Source of the DNA: Alphaproteobacteria bacterium
GTDB lineage: Bacteria > Pseudomonadota > Alphaproteobacteria > SHVV01
Reading direction: 5' to 3'
Assembly: GCA_965261735.1 (NCBI GenBank)
Contig: OZ253470.1
Coordinates: 2,592,001-2,656,000, forward strand
Length of the DNA: 64,000 nt
Shown here: positions 44,585-56,753 of the stretch, one piece after another
Layout of the letters: the number at the start of each line of letters is the position of its first letter
Numbering within the stretch: position 1 is the stretch's first letter
Notes under the pieces: generated by a model
Told to the model about the DNA's origin: nothing
The model's database searches: none
The model's input: the letters and a program-made list of their open reading frames with translations, nothing else
Made by a program: the position numbers and the translations under genes

Positions 44585-44858
44585 TGCTTGCGCTCCGGCC
44601 GGGTTGATCCGCAGGGCCCGCGGGCGATGACGGGCGCGCCTCGCGCGGGCCGGTTGGATGGTATCTAGGCTGCCTTCGCCGCCGGCCTGCGCGGGCGAAA
44701 GCCGGGCGCACCATAAGCAACAAGCGTGCCGCCGTCAACTCCTGGCCTCAACCGAATTTCCCTTAGTTATCAATTGGTTGGCAGGAAGAATCCCATTGCT
44801 TCAACGGCCGCATGGGTGTAGGATTCACGTCTCTCGCAGACATCCGGATCATCCTTTC

Positions 44859-45329
44859 ATGCTGCGTGCCCGCCTGAGCGAGGCATCGAAAGCTGCGATG
44901 AAGTCCAAGGATAGCCGCCGGGTTTCCACCCTGCGGCTCATCCTCGCGGCGCTCAAGGACCGTGACATTGCCGCCCGCGCCGACGGCAACAACGAAGGCC
45001 TGAGCGACGAGCAGATCATCAGCATGCTCGGTACCATGGTGCGTCAGCGCGGCGAAAGCATCACCCTGTACGAGGGCAGTGGGCGGCCCGATCTCGCGCA
45101 GCAGGAGCGCGAGGAGATCGCCGTGATCGAGGACTTCATGCCGGTCAAGCTCGGCGATGAGGAGGTCTCGCGGGCAATCCACGACCTCGTCGCGGAGCTC
45201 GGCGCCGTCGGCCTTAAGGACATGGGACGCACAATGGCGGCCATGAAGGCGCGTTACGCCGGGCGCCTGGACTTCGCCAAAGCGAGCGGTATCGTCAAAC
45301 AGCTGTTGACGGGGACCGATGCCCACTGA
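44859..45329 (+). CDS. yqeY: GatB/YqeY domain protein
   Basis: K.AMKSKD..R..TLRLI, QR.ESI..Y..SGR.DLA.QE, KDMGRTM. Confidence 0.9.
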   Translation: MLRARLSEASKAAMKSKDSRRVSTLRLILAALKDRDIAARADGNNEGLSDEQIISMLGTMVRQRGESITLYEGSGRPDLAQQEREEIAVIEDFMPVKLGDEEVSRAIHDLVAELGAVGLKDMGRTMAAMKARYAGRLDFAKASGIVKQLLTGTDAH

Positions 45330-45416
45330 GGCATTGGCCGGCGCTTGCCGGACCGCGTATGGGCGAGAACCCCGGGGCCAACCGCCACGGCCCGCACGAG
45401 CCGCGCCGTCGCCCTG

Positions 45417-47255
45417 ATGGCGGTCCCCGCGACCTTTCTCGACGAGCTTCGCGAGCGCCAGCCGTTGTCGGAGATCGCCGGCCGTCGCGTCCGGCTCGTC
45501 AAGCGCGGCCGCGAGCACACTGGGCTCTGCCCCTTCCACACCGAAAAGACGCCATCGTTCACGATCAACGACGACAAGGGTTTTTATCACTGTTTCGGGT
45601 GCCAGGCGCACGGCAGCGTGTTCGACTTCGTGATGCAGACCGAGGGGTTGAGCTTCGTCGAGGCGGTCGAGAAGCTGGCCGGCGTGGCCGGCATGGCGCT
45701 GCCGACGCGCTCGGCAGCGGCCGAGGCCCGCGCCGACCAGGCCGCCGGCCTCTATGACATTATGGAGCGCGCCGCCGGTTGGTTCGAATCGCAGCTCGCC
45801 GCAGGCGTCGGCACGCCGGCCCGCGAATATCTGGCGGGCCGCGGCCTGAGCGGCGATACGATCGCGCGGTTCCGGCTCGGCTTCGGCCCCGATGGTTCGG
45901 GCCGCCTGAGGGATGCGATGCTGGCTCGCGGGATGAGCCGGGACGGTCTGGTCGAAGCCGGCCTGTTGATCGTGCCCGACGACGGTCGCGAGCCCTATGA
46001 TCGCTTCCGCAACCGCATCATCTTTCCCATCACCGACCGCCGTGGCCGCGTCATCGCCTTTGGCGGGCGCGCCCTCGGCACGGCCCGCGCCAAGTACGTG
46101 AACTCGCCGGAAACGGCGCTGTTCAAGAAAGGGAGGGTGCTCTACGGCGCCGCCCTCGCCCGTGAAGCCGCGCGCGAGAAGGATGCGGTGCTCGTCGCCG
46201 AGGGCTACATGGACGTGATCGCGCTGGCGGCGGCGGGGTTTCGCCATGCGGTGGCGCCGATGGGGACGGCGCTCGGCGAGGATCAGATCCGCGAGCTGTG
46301 GCGCCTGGCCCCGGAGCCGGTGCTGTGCCTCGACGGCGACGAGGCCGGATGGCGGGCCGCCATGGCGGCGGCCGAACGCGCTCTGCCGCTGCTCAAGCCC
46401 GGTCACTCGCTGAGGTTCGCCCTGCTGCCGCCGGGCGAGGACCCCGACAGCCTCCTGCGCGGCGCCGGCGCACCCGCCATGGGTCAAGTCATCGCGGGCG
46501 CGCTTCCGCTCGCCGACCTGCTGTGGCAGCGCGCCGTCGGCGGCCGAGCCCTCGCGACCCCGGAACAGCGTGCCGCGCTGGCCGAGCGGCTCGGCGAGCT
46601 CGTGGAGCGCATCGGCGATCGGACGGTGAGGACCTACTACCGGCAATACGTTGCGGAGCGGCTACGCGAGGCGTTTCCAGGGGCGGCGCCGCGCACCGCC
46701 GGTCCGAGCCGCCGACGGCCTGCGCCGAGGCACCCGGCGCGGGCCCTACGCAACCCGCACCGGCGCCGCGAACGGCTGCTGGTGGTCACCGTTCTCAACC
46801 ATCCCGAACTGCTGGCGCGCCATGCCGAGGACTTTGCCGCGCTCGCCATCAGCGATCCCGCGCTTGACGCGCTGCGCCGTGCTATTCTAGAAAGCGCCGG
46901 CGCGGCCCCGGACCTTGATTTGTCGGCCCTGAAGCAACACCTGATGGAACAGGGCCATGCGGCGCTCCTGGAGCGAGTCGTCGGGGAGAGTGTGTTCGAG
47001 CTCGAATGGTTTGCGCAGCCCGAGGCCGCGCCCGAGGACGCCGCCATGGGTTGGCTGCACGCGTTGGCGCGCCACCACCGGGCGGTGTCGTTGCCGCAGG
47101 ACGTGAGGGCTGCCGAGCGAGCTTTTGGAGAAAACCCCAACGACGAGACCCAGGCGCAGCTACTGGCGTTAAAGGCGGAAGAGGAGCGCGGCGAGGGCAA
47201 CGAGGCGGCGCTCGAGCAGTTCGGCCTGGCATCGGGAAGGAAAACATCGATCTGA
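45417..47255 (+). CDS. dnaG: DNA primase
   Basis: [39 protein letters not shown]. Confidence 0.97.
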   Translation: MAVPATFLDELRERQPLSEIAGRRVRLVKRGREHTGLCPFHTEKTPSFTINDDKGFYHCFGCQAHGSVFDFVMQTEGLSFVEAVEKLAGVAGMALPTRSAAAEARADQAAGLYDIMERAAGWFESQLAAGVGTPAREYLAGRGLSGDTIARFRLGFGPDGSGRLRDAMLARGMSRDGLVEAGLLIVPDDGREPYDRFRNRIIFPITDRRGRVIAFGGRALGTARAKYVNSPETALFKKGRVLYGAALAREAAREKDAVLVAEGYMDVIALAAAGFRHAVAPMGTALGEDQIRELWRLAPEPVLCLDGDEAGWRAAMAAAERALPLLKPGHSLRFALLPPGEDPDSLLRGAGAPAMGQVIAGALPLADLLWQRAVGGRALATPEQRAALAERLGELVERIGDRTVRTYYRQYVAERLREAFPGAAPRTAGPSRRRPAPRHPARALRNPHRRRERLLVVTVLNHPELLARHAEDFAALAISDPALDALRRAILESAGAAPDLDLSALKQHLMEQGHAALLERVVGESVFELEWFAQPEAAPEDAAMGWLHALARHHRAVSLPQDVRAAERAFGENPNDETQAQLLALKAEEERGEGNEAALEQFGLASGRKTSI

Positions 47256-47361
47256 GCCCAGGGACACCGCGCGCCTGCTGCGGCGGGCGCCGGCCGGGCA
47301 GGCACGGATCGTGCACAGCGTTGACATCAGGCGAATCGTTTTGTCGAGGAGTGAAGCGTCG

Positions 47362-49422
<2,061 letters not shown>

Positions 49423-49487
49423 GGAGCCGGTATCGGGTATCAGTCAAGTACCGGATGGCACCTTCCGATCCCTGATCCCTGATCTCC

Positions 49488-49564
49488 GGGCCGGTAGTTC
49501 AATTGGCTAGAACCCGCCGCTCATAACGGCGTAGTTGCAGGTTCGAGTCCTGCCCGGCCCACCA
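49488..49564 (+). tRNA. tRNA-Ile2 (anticodon CAT, lysidine type)
   Basis: GGGCCGG acceptor/CCGGCCC-ACCA; anticodon arm CGCCG-CTCATAA-CGGCG; GGTTCGAGTCC T-loop; follows rpoD. Confidence 0.9.
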
Positions 49565-49596
49565 CACTCTCAGAAAAAGATTTGTTTTTCAAAGGA

Positions 49597-50679
49597 TTAC
49601 CTCCCCTTATTTCCCAACCGCGCGGTAAGGTTGGGCACTTTTGTTCCCGTTTCAGCCCCCAGCTTCGCTAGGCCGGAGTCGGCCAGCGACACTCGATTGG
49701 CGGCTGCGGTGTACCGGCTTGCCTCGCGCGCGGTGCGGTGCCCGAGGAAGGACATGACCTCAAATTCGGTTGCACGGGCCTCAGCCAAGCGCCGGGCGCC
49801 CGCCTTTCGGAGCCCGTGCGCGGAGCACTGCGGCAGCCCGGCCTCGGTGCACCGGTCGCGCAACCAATTGCCGAGTGATTCGGGGGTGTAGCCCTTGCCG
49901 TGTTCACCGTGCGCCAGGAGCATCATTTGGTCCGGCGGCAGGTGCTCAAGTTCCGTCGCCAGTTCGGGTAGCAGGGGCAGGTCGACCAACTCCCCGGTTT
50001 TTCCCCGCCGATACGCAATCCGGCCGCCGCGGATGTTGCGGCGGGTGAGGGCGGCGGCGTCCTGGCGCGCCGCGCCGGTAGCGAGCAGGATTTCGAGTGC
50101 AAGGCGCGCCTTCGTGCCGCGTGCGTGCGTAGCCCGATAGGCGTCAATATCCGCGTCTTCCCAGGTTCGGAATCCGCCTCGTTTCGTCGGGTGCCGGTCG
50201 GCCAGCGGGGCCGGGCTTTGCCCCTTGAAACCGTGCATCTTCGCGGCGAAGCGGTACAGCTGCGACAAGTCTTTGCGCAGGCGATTTGCGGCGCTCGGGC
50301 CGCCCTTCTTCTCCATCAGCATCGCGATGTGGCGGGGTTCGATGCGGCTATATTTCGCGTCCCCAATCGTAGTCTTGATCCAGTCGAGCCGGCCGCGCAC
50401 GTCCCGGCGCGTGCTGTCCGCTAAGCGCAAGTAGCCCTTGCTCCCCAGGTACGCCTCGATCAAATAGGTAACCGTGCCGGGGCGCGCCCGCCGCCCCGCC
50501 AGCCTCGCGCCCTCGCACGCCTCCTCGTAGGCTTGCCGGAACTCGGTCGAGCCGTAGGGGCCGGGCAGGTAGGAGTCGACTTTGCGCCCTTTCACGGTGC
50601 GCTTCAGGCGATGCCTGAGCTTGCCGTGGCGGTCGGGGCCGGTGGAGACGCCCGGAAACGGATTACGGCGTCGCAACAT
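49597..50679 (-). CDS. int: Tyrosine integrase
   Basis: DRHGK N-terminus, TGAARQD, KTG, HGLRKA, LGH..AREASRY; ends next to the tRNA 3' end. Confidence 0.92.
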   Translation of the reverse strand: MLRRRNPFPGVSTGPDRHGKLRHRLKRTVKGRKVDSYLPGPYGSTEFRQAYEEACEGARLAGRRARPGTVTYLIEAYLGSKGYLRLADSTRRDVRGRLDWIKTTIGDAKYSRIEPRHIAMLMEKKGGPSAANRLRKDLSQLYRFAAKMHGFKGQSPAPLADRHPTKRGGFRTWEDADIDAYRATHARGTKARLALEILLATGAARQDAAALTRRNIRGGRIAYRRGKTGELVDLPLLPELATELEHLPPDQMMLLAHGEHGKGYTPESLGNWLRDRCTEAGLPQCSAHGLRKAGARRLAEARATEFEVMSFLGHRTAREASRYTAAANRVSLADSGLAKLGAETGTKVPNLTARLGNKGR

Positions 50680-50878
50680 GGGGCACCTTATTTATAAGGG
50701 CGTCGATGTCATTCGCATCGTCGTCGGCGGCGTCGCCAGTCCTGCCGGCGACGATGGAAACGCGGGTACCGTCCGGCCTCTCGATCTCCACCCGGCCCGT
50801 CTCAAAACCGGCTTCGCGCATCGCCTTCAAGTACCGGCGAAGCTCGGCCTGCGTGACTGTGGCCTTTTGGGTCGACAT
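50663..50878 (-). CDS. Probable excisionase
   Basis: 71 aa, TQAELRRYLKAM.EAG...GRVEI..DG; overlaps the int start. Confidence 0.65.
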   Translation of the reverse strand: MSTQKATVTQAELRRYLKAMREAGFETGRVEIERPDGTRVSIVAGRTGDAADDDANDIDALINKVPHVATP

Positions 50879-50884
50879 AGGTCG

Positions 50885-51316
50885 CTACACGCGAAAGGCG
50901 GAAATTAGCGACGTCCTCGCGGGAGTTTCGTCGTCGGCAAGCACGTCAATGAATAAGCGCAGCGCTTCGTCCACGATTTGGGCTTCAAAAACTTTCGTCC
51001 GCCGGTCCGAGGGGATCGCCTGGCATAAGGCGGCCCGTGCCAAATAAAGGCGCCGTGGATTGGCTTGCACCGCCTTGGTTTTTGCCCTCGGGCGTGGGTT
51101 TGCTCGCGCGTACAGCTCCGCGCCCTGCGGTGTGCGAAGGAATTCCGCAGATGCCTGCTCGTACGTCAGCGCCGGGTTTTTGGTGTGAGACTCGCGCGCG
51201 TGGCGCTCTAGTTCCTCCTCAGCCTTAATCGCGTCCATGGCTTCGCGGATCGAGACACCGAACGCCCGGGCATACGCGTCGGCTTCATCAATGAGTTCGT
51301 CTTGGGTGCGAGTCAT
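50885..51316 (-). CDS. Hypothetical helical protein (143 aa)
   Basis: GAGG RBS; NPALTYEQA....LRTPQGAELY motif. Confidence 0.55.
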   Translation of the reverse strand: MTRTQDELIDEADAYARAFGVSIREAMDAIKAEEELERHARESHTKNPALTYEQASAEFLRTPQGAELYARANPRPRAKTKAVQANPRRLYLARAALCQAIPSDRRTKVFEAQIVDEALRLFIDVLADDETPARTSLISAFRV

Positions 51317-51400
51317 GTTGGCCTCTGAAGGTTTGTAAAACCTAACCAGTAACTACCTTTACATTAGCAGTTGGGCACGCCCCGCGCAAGTTTTTCCTCA

Positions 51401-51517
51401 GGGGCTGGCGGGCCTGGAGGCCAGGTGGCCAGGGATGGTGGCTTGAGTGTGGGATGGCCTGGCGGCCAGGGGGGCTGGCGGGCTTGGAGGCCAGGGGGGC
51501 TGGCGGGCCTGGAGGCC
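51401..51517. repeat. Three copies of 22-bp GGGGCTGGCGGGCYTGGAGGCC
   Basis: 51401-51422, 51471-51492, 51496-51517. Confidence 0.85.
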
Positions 51518-51519
51518 GT

Positions 51520-51612
51520 TGCCACACCTGCCACACCTACCCTATATAAGGCCTACTTACGGAAAAAGTGGTCCTATATAGGGCAGGTATGGCAGGTATG
51601 GCAGGTGTGGCA
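51520..51612. other. Candidate replication origin: inverted arrays of 9-bp iterons TGCCAYACC around CCCTATATA/TATATAGGG
   Basis: Left arm TGCCACACCTGCCACACCTACCCTATATA (51520-51548); right arm TATATAGGGCAGGTATGGCAGGTATGGCAGGTGTGGCA (51575-51612). Confidence 0.65.
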
Positions 51613-52480
51613 CACCCTTCAGAGCCTCGGTTTTGGTTACGCGGCCCACCGCAACGGCCGTGGAGGGTGGGACATGCGCCGCGCGAACTCGCCCACGGCA
51701 AGGGTAAGCGCCTGCGCCACATCGTCCCTGGCGGTATTGTTGGTGTCCCGCTTGACGAGCCGGACAGACCCTTGATCGTCGCTCTTGACCAGTGCCCCCG
51801 AAAACGACACCTCCAACAACGGCCGGCTGGCAGCCTCGCAGGCCAGGGGGCCATCGGCGGCTATCTTGCGGAGCGCACGGATATCCTCGCTCGCCTCCGA
51901 CCACCGCGTTACGCGGGGCATAACCGGCACGCTCCGCGCGCAATCGCGCAGCTCGTTGAGCCGGAACCTGTCACAGATGACGACCTCCGGCGCGCCCCAG
52001 CGCCCCAGGATGCCCCTCATCAACTCGGCGGGTGGTTGCACGCGCAGCCCCTCGGCGCCGGACAACGCGCCGGACTGCGCCAGCTTGCGGTATAGCCCTG
52101 GCGGCACCCGATCCCGCTTCTCCTGCGCCTCCAGCGACGGCAGCCCTGGCGCCACCGCAAGGGCCTCCACCCGGCCGGATCGCCATAGCGCCACGGCCGC
52201 CGACCACGCGCGCCCGGCGCCGAGGTCCACACCAACGATGGGCCGCCCCGTGCGCTCCGGAACCGGGCGCGCGCAAACGCGCTCCCAGTCCGCAACGGTC
52301 AGCAACACGGATGCTTCATCCCGTGTTGGTGTGTTTAAACGGTAGCTCAGGAACCTGCTGTTGGTAGCGACCGTAAATTTCCCATTTGTAACGACCCAAA
52401 ATTTCTCACTTTGGGCTTGTCGCTGAAGGCGTCCCGGGCCGCTCTGTTGGCTTTGCCAACAGAGCGGGATCGGTGCGCGG

Positions 52481-53503
52481 ATGTACAAATGGGAGACCAG
52501 GATGTTGTTGAAGCACTATCTGGACCGGGGTGTCTCGAAGGCGGAGCTGTCGAGGCGGTTCGGGGTGAACCGTCGGACGATCCACAATTGGGTCGATACC
52601 GGCCAACTGGACCGGGATCTGGCGGCCGGTGCGCGAGGGTATTCGCCCCGTCCGCCGGTGGCCCACAAGCTGGACCCCTACAAGGCGATCATCGACGCCC
52701 GTCTTGAGGCGTTCCCGAAGCTGTCGGCGAAGCGGCTTTTCGATGAGGTCCGCGCTGCGGACTACCCGGGCTGCTACTCTCGCGTGAACGACTACGTGCG
52801 GGCGACGCGACCGCGCGAACCGGTTGAATCGCTGGTCCGGTTCGAGACGCCGGCGGGGCGTCAGGGCCAGGTGGACTTCGGTACGTTCACGCTGCCCTGG
52901 GGCCGGCGCCATGCCCTGGTGATCGTCCTCGGCTACTCCCGGCTGCTGTGGCTGCACTTCTATACTCGGCAGACCATGCCGGTCCTGATGGAAGGTCTGG
53001 AGAGCGCCTTCGACCGGTTCGGCGGGGTTCCGGAGGAGCTGCTGTTCGACCAGATGCGCGCCGTGGTGCTGTCCGACGACCGCGGGGCCGGCGGCGGCCT
53101 GGTGCTGAACGAGGAGTTTCTGCGGTTCGCCGCGCACTGGGGGTTCATGCCGCGCTCGTGCCGACCCTATCGGGCCCAGACCAAGGGCAAAGTGGAGCGC
53201 CCGATCCGCTACATCCGCGAGAGCTTCTTCTACGGCCGCTCGTTTGCGAATGACAACGATCTCAACGAGCAGGCCGTGCGCTGGCTGGAGGGCACAGCCA
53301 ACGTCCGCCGGCATGCCACGACCGGGGAGCGTCCTGTCGACCGCTTCGAGCGCGACGAGCGAGCGGTGCTTCTCCCCTTGGCGAACCATCCCTATCGACG
53401 TCTCGGCGTCCGGCATGCTCCGGAGCCCGCGCCGCGGCGACTGCCGGCAACCGTGAAGGTCGAGCAGCGACCGCTTAGTGTCTATGCGGAGGCGCTGCAA
53501 TGA
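52481..53503 (+). CDS. istA: IS21 transposase IstA
   Basis: RFETPAG.QGQVDF, LGYSR, FDQM, QTKGKVER. Confidence 0.95.
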   Translation: MYKWETRMLLKHYLDRGVSKAELSRRFGVNRRTIHNWVDTGQLDRDLAAGARGYSPRPPVAHKLDPYKAIIDARLEAFPKLSAKRLFDEVRAADYPGCYSRVNDYVRATRPREPVESLVRFETPAGRQGQVDFGTFTLPWGRRHALVIVLGYSRLLWLHFYTRQTMPVLMEGLESAFDRFGGVPEELLFDQMRAVVLSDDRGAGGGLVLNEEFLRFAAHWGFMPRSCRPYRAQTKGKVERPIRYIRESFFYGRSFANDNDLNEQAVRWLEGTANVRRHATTGERPVDRFERDERAVLLPLANHPYRRLGVRHAPEPAPRRLPATVKVEQRPLSVYAEALQ

Positions 53504-54297
53504 ACGCTCCGGCGCCGGCCCGGCGCGACCGGCTGCGGGCAATGCTGGCGGACCTCAAGATGCCGGGCGCGCTGGAGGCCGTCGACGGCATCCTCTCGGA
53601 CGCCGACGGCGGCACGATCTCGGCGGCCGAGGCCATCGAGCAGTTGCTGAACGCCCAGATCGTGCTGCGCAACAACCGCCGTCTCCAGACCGCCATGCGC
53701 TCTTCGCGGCTGCCGGCTGTGAAGACGCTCGATCAGTTCGACTTCGCCTTCCAGCCCAGCATCAAGCGCGAGCAGATCGAGAGCTTGCACGAGCTCGGCT
53801 TCCTGGACCGCGGCGAGAACGTGATCCTGCTCGGCCCACCAGGCGTCGGGAAAACGCACTTGGCGATCAGCCTCGCGATCGCGGCGGCCGAGGCCGGCCG
53901 GCGCGTCTACTACGGCACGCTCGCGGCGCTGATCGAGTCCCTCACCGAGGCCAAGGCCGCCGGCAATCTGACCCGGCGGCTGCGCGTGCTCACCCATCCG
54001 GCCCTGCTGGTGGTCGACGAGATCGGCTACCTGCCGGTCAACCAGGACGGCGCCGTGCTCTTCTTCCAGCTCATCAACGCCCGGCACGAGAGGGCGTCGA
54101 CTGTGCTGACGTCGAACAAGGGTTTCGAGGACTGGGGTGGCGTGCTCGGCGACGAGGTCATGGCGGCGGCTCTCATCGACCGCCTTGTGCACCACTGCCA
54201 CATCGTCAACATCCGGGGCAACAGCTACCGGATGAAGGAGCATCAGAACCTGCTGCAGTCCGGCTCGGATCGACGCAGGAAAAGAGCCGCCGCGTGA
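53500..54297 (+). CDS. istB: IS21 helper ATPase IstB
   Basis: GPPGVGKT, VVDEIGY, TSN, IDRLVHH, GNSYR. Confidence 0.95.
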   Translation: MNAPAPARRDRLRAMLADLKMPGALEAVDGILSDADGGTISAAEAIEQLLNAQIVLRNNRRLQTAMRSSRLPAVKTLDQFDFAFQPSIKREQIESLHELGFLDRGENVILLGPPGVGKTHLAISLAIAAAEAGRRVYYGTLAALIESLTEAKAAGNLTRRLRVLTHPALLVVDEIGYLPVNQDGAVLFFQLINARHERASTVLTSNKGFEDWGGVLGDEVMAAALIDRLVHHCHIVNIRGNSYRMKEHQNLLQSGSDRRRKRAAA

Positions 54298-54799
54298 TCG
54301 CCGGCTCAAACGGAGACAGGAGCGGTGACACCCGCCCGTTGTGGATAACCGGGTTGTCGCCGCCAGACTCTTGGCGGTCGCTGCGCCAACCCGGTTACCT
54401 ACAGCTCGACCAAGTCCGACACCCCAAACACCGCGTCTGGGGGTACGACCGAACGCTCAAAGTGAGAAATATTTCGATCGACAAAAGTGGGAAATTTTCA
54501 GTCGCAATTGACACCTGCCCTTTAGCCGGCTGTCGGCACGGGCCGCGTCGCGTTCCTCGCGTAGCTTGCGCTTGAAGTTTTCCGAGATCGCCGTCAGCGG
54601 GTTGACCCGCTTGATCTCCCGCCATTGGTCCCACTTTTCGGGGTCGCCCTGTAGCACCATGACGTATGTGCTGCCCCGGCTACCCGCCGCCACCAGATCG
54701 TGCCACCACCCCGAGTGCGCGGGCGCCAGCGTGCCAAGGTACAACGCCTGCATTGGCGATCCCGGCTTGCCCATAGCCGTTCCTGCTTATCCCTGAAAG

Positions 54800-55735
54800 T
54801 CATCCGGCGATGAGGAGGCGATAGGGCATGGGCTGGTTTCGTGCGGCGCTATGGACGAAACGCGGGATCATTGTCTGGAGTTGATAGCGCCGGTTGTAGC
54901 GCCAGGCGAAGCTGGCGAGATAGCGTCCGGCATGGTCGGGGCCGAGCTTGCGATAAGTCCCGGTGATCGCGCTCTTGATGTTGCCGAGCGTCGTGTTCAC
55001 CCATTTGAACGATGCCATGCGGGCCGCCTGGCGGCCCGACCCGGTGCGGATCGCCTGGTGGCTGCAGGCGGCTTCTTCGAGTGCGCTCCAGCAGCCCAGG
55101 CGGTCCGTCACAACCGCCGCGCCGGGGGCCAGCCAGTGCTTGGCGCCGCGCGCGATCTCGCGCTTGCGGAAGCCCTTGACCGGCGCCAGCTTCAGCTTGC
55201 GCGGGCGCCCCTCGGGACTGGTCGAGACCGCCGCCACGAAGGGCGTTTTGCCCGCCGCGCCGCGGCCCCGCTTGCCGCCGGAGCGCACCCCGCCGAGATA
55301 GGCGTCGTCCATCTCGACCCGCCCCGTAAGCGCCGTCTCCCCCTCGCGCCGCGCCATCACCGCCATGATCTTGTGCTTCACGGCCCAGGCCGTCGGCTGC
55401 TTGACCCCGAGACGGCGGCCGAGTTCCACCGACGAGATGCCGTTCTTCGCCGTCACGATCAGGTGGATGGCGGCAAACCAGACTGTCAGCGGCAGCTTGG
55501 TCGCGTGGAAGATCGTGCCCGCCGTGGGCGATGTCTGCTTCTTGCACCGGTTGCATTGATAGAGACCCCGACCCGCCAACACGCAATGCTCCCGATGGCC
55601 GCAGCAGGGGCAGACGAAGCCGCCCGGCCAGCGCAGCCGGACCAGCGCCGCGCGGCACTGCTCCTTGGTGCCGAAGGCCTCCCGAAACGCCTCGTCGTTC
55701 AGACCACGCACGCGCGATGCAACCTTGAACCCCAT
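54800..55735 (-). CDS. IS1595-family transposase
   Basis: RWPGGFVCPCC...CNRC zinc ribbon, VEMDD, VTD, GTY, YLASFAWRYNRR. Confidence 0.93.
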   Translation of the reverse strand: MGFKVASRVRGLNDEAFREAFGTKEQCRAALVRLRWPGGFVCPCCGHREHCVLAGRGLYQCNRCKKQTSPTAGTIFHATKLPLTVWFAAIHLIVTAKNGISSVELGRRLGVKQPTAWAVKHKIMAVMARREGETALTGRVEMDDAYLGGVRSGGKRGRGAAGKTPFVAAVSTSPEGRPRKLKLAPVKGFRKREIARGAKHWLAPGAAVVTDRLGCWSALEEAACSHQAIRTGSGRQAARMASFKWVNTTLGNIKSAITGTYRKLGPDHAGRYLASFAWRYNRRYQLQTMIPRFVHSAARNQPMPYRLLIAG

Positions 55736-55755
55736 AACCGTGACCCCCTCATACA

Positions 55756-55770
55756 GAACATATTGAGAAC
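55756..55770. promoter_or_regulatory. LexA box in the IS1595 transposase leader
   Basis: GAAC-ATATTGA-GAAC, 21 bp upstream of the transposase ATG. Confidence 0.65.
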
Positions 55771-56753
55771 ATACATCCCCATAGGCGGAGTGTCACGGAT
55801 AAGCAGGTAGCCGTTTGTATCGCGTCATGGAGCAGCGATCCGCCGTTAACCTCCCACGCGCCCGGCTCATCGCAGATCGCCCACGGGCAGCCGACGAGCC
55901 CCATCGCCGTCTTGCCGTTCGAGCCGAGCACCCGAAGCCGGGTGTTCGTCGCCTTGTGGACGATCCCTATCCTCGTATGGCTGTCAAGGAAGCGATACCC
56001 GCCGCGCGGCTCCAGCTCCGACCGGGAGAACCTGAAAACAATCCGCGCTTGTTCGATGCTGGCGGCGCAAAGGACCGATTCCGTACCGGGTCGAAACAAA
56101 GCGTCGTCCGGGTCCAGGATGCGGGTCAGCAGATGGCCCGCCAGCCACGACTTGCCGTTGCCTCTCGGCAGGGAAAGCGCGGCAGTATCGATGCCGGGGG
56201 CGGTGGCTTCGCGGATAAATCGGGCCTGAAAAGGTCTCAATTTCACAGGAAAACGGCCGAAATCGAAAAATCGTTACACATAAGGCCCCGCCCTGCGCAC
56301 CACCAACCCCCGAAACATCTGCCGCGCAGGGGCCCCCAACACCCCACAAAGGGCCGTGCGCCGCCCCCCTACCACCTGCCCTAGCGAGTAGCGGGCCGTT
56401 GGCTCATCTAAGGGATAAATCTGGGGCATCCAACTTCAAGGCAAGTTCCTGCTGCACCGTGCGCGCAACGGGGGCGACCGACCCATGGAGAAACTGCCGC
56501 CAGGACTCGCGCAATGCAGCGGCATCGGTGCCCCCAAAGACAAGGCTTAAAGGGACACCGCACGCGCCCACAACGTCCCGCGCCGTCTGACTATGCACAG
56601 CGGCCAACGTGGCATGGGGCTCGGGGCCAAGCCGGCGTTGCGCCCAATCCTGCCCAGGCGCATCGCGCGCATCTCCGCCCCACGAGCCGGACATCGAATC
56701 GACCACCATTAAGCCCCCCTTGAGGGCCTTCAAGCGGGAGAGCAGAGCGCCTA

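Larger units (their letters stand above)
52359..54513 (+). mobile_element. IS21-family element
   Basis: TG...CA ends with internal repeated motifs; 5-bp TSD CCTGC (52354-52358 / 54514-54518); istA-istB. Confidence 0.95.
54782..55807 (-). mobile_element. IS1595-family element (ISSod11-type ends)
   Basis: TIR CCTGCTTATCCSTGA; 8-bp TSD TAGCCGTT (54774-54781 / 55808-55815). Confidence 0.95.
51637..56246 (-). pseudogene. terL: Terminase large subunit interrupted by IS21 and IS1595 (471 aa when both are excised)
   Basis: PRGNGKS Walker A, ICDEP Walker B, GVDLG nuclease motif, ARDDVAQA; exons 56246-55808, 54773-54514, 52353-51637 join in frame (1416 nt). Confidence 0.9.

Noticed and set aside
42695-44668. 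657-aa Fic fusion protein
   Set aside because: Truncated Fic running into the carA antisense frame.
49430-49487. CCCTGAT short repeats as a mobile element
   Set aside because: Only 2-3 heptamers in a weak hairpin; probably a terminator or REP-like sequence.
49488-49564. tRNA-Met
   Set aside because: G1-C72 pair and no GGG/CCC anticodon stem exclude fMet. The GGGCC start and post-rpoD position fit Ile2; elongator Met is less likely but not formally excluded.
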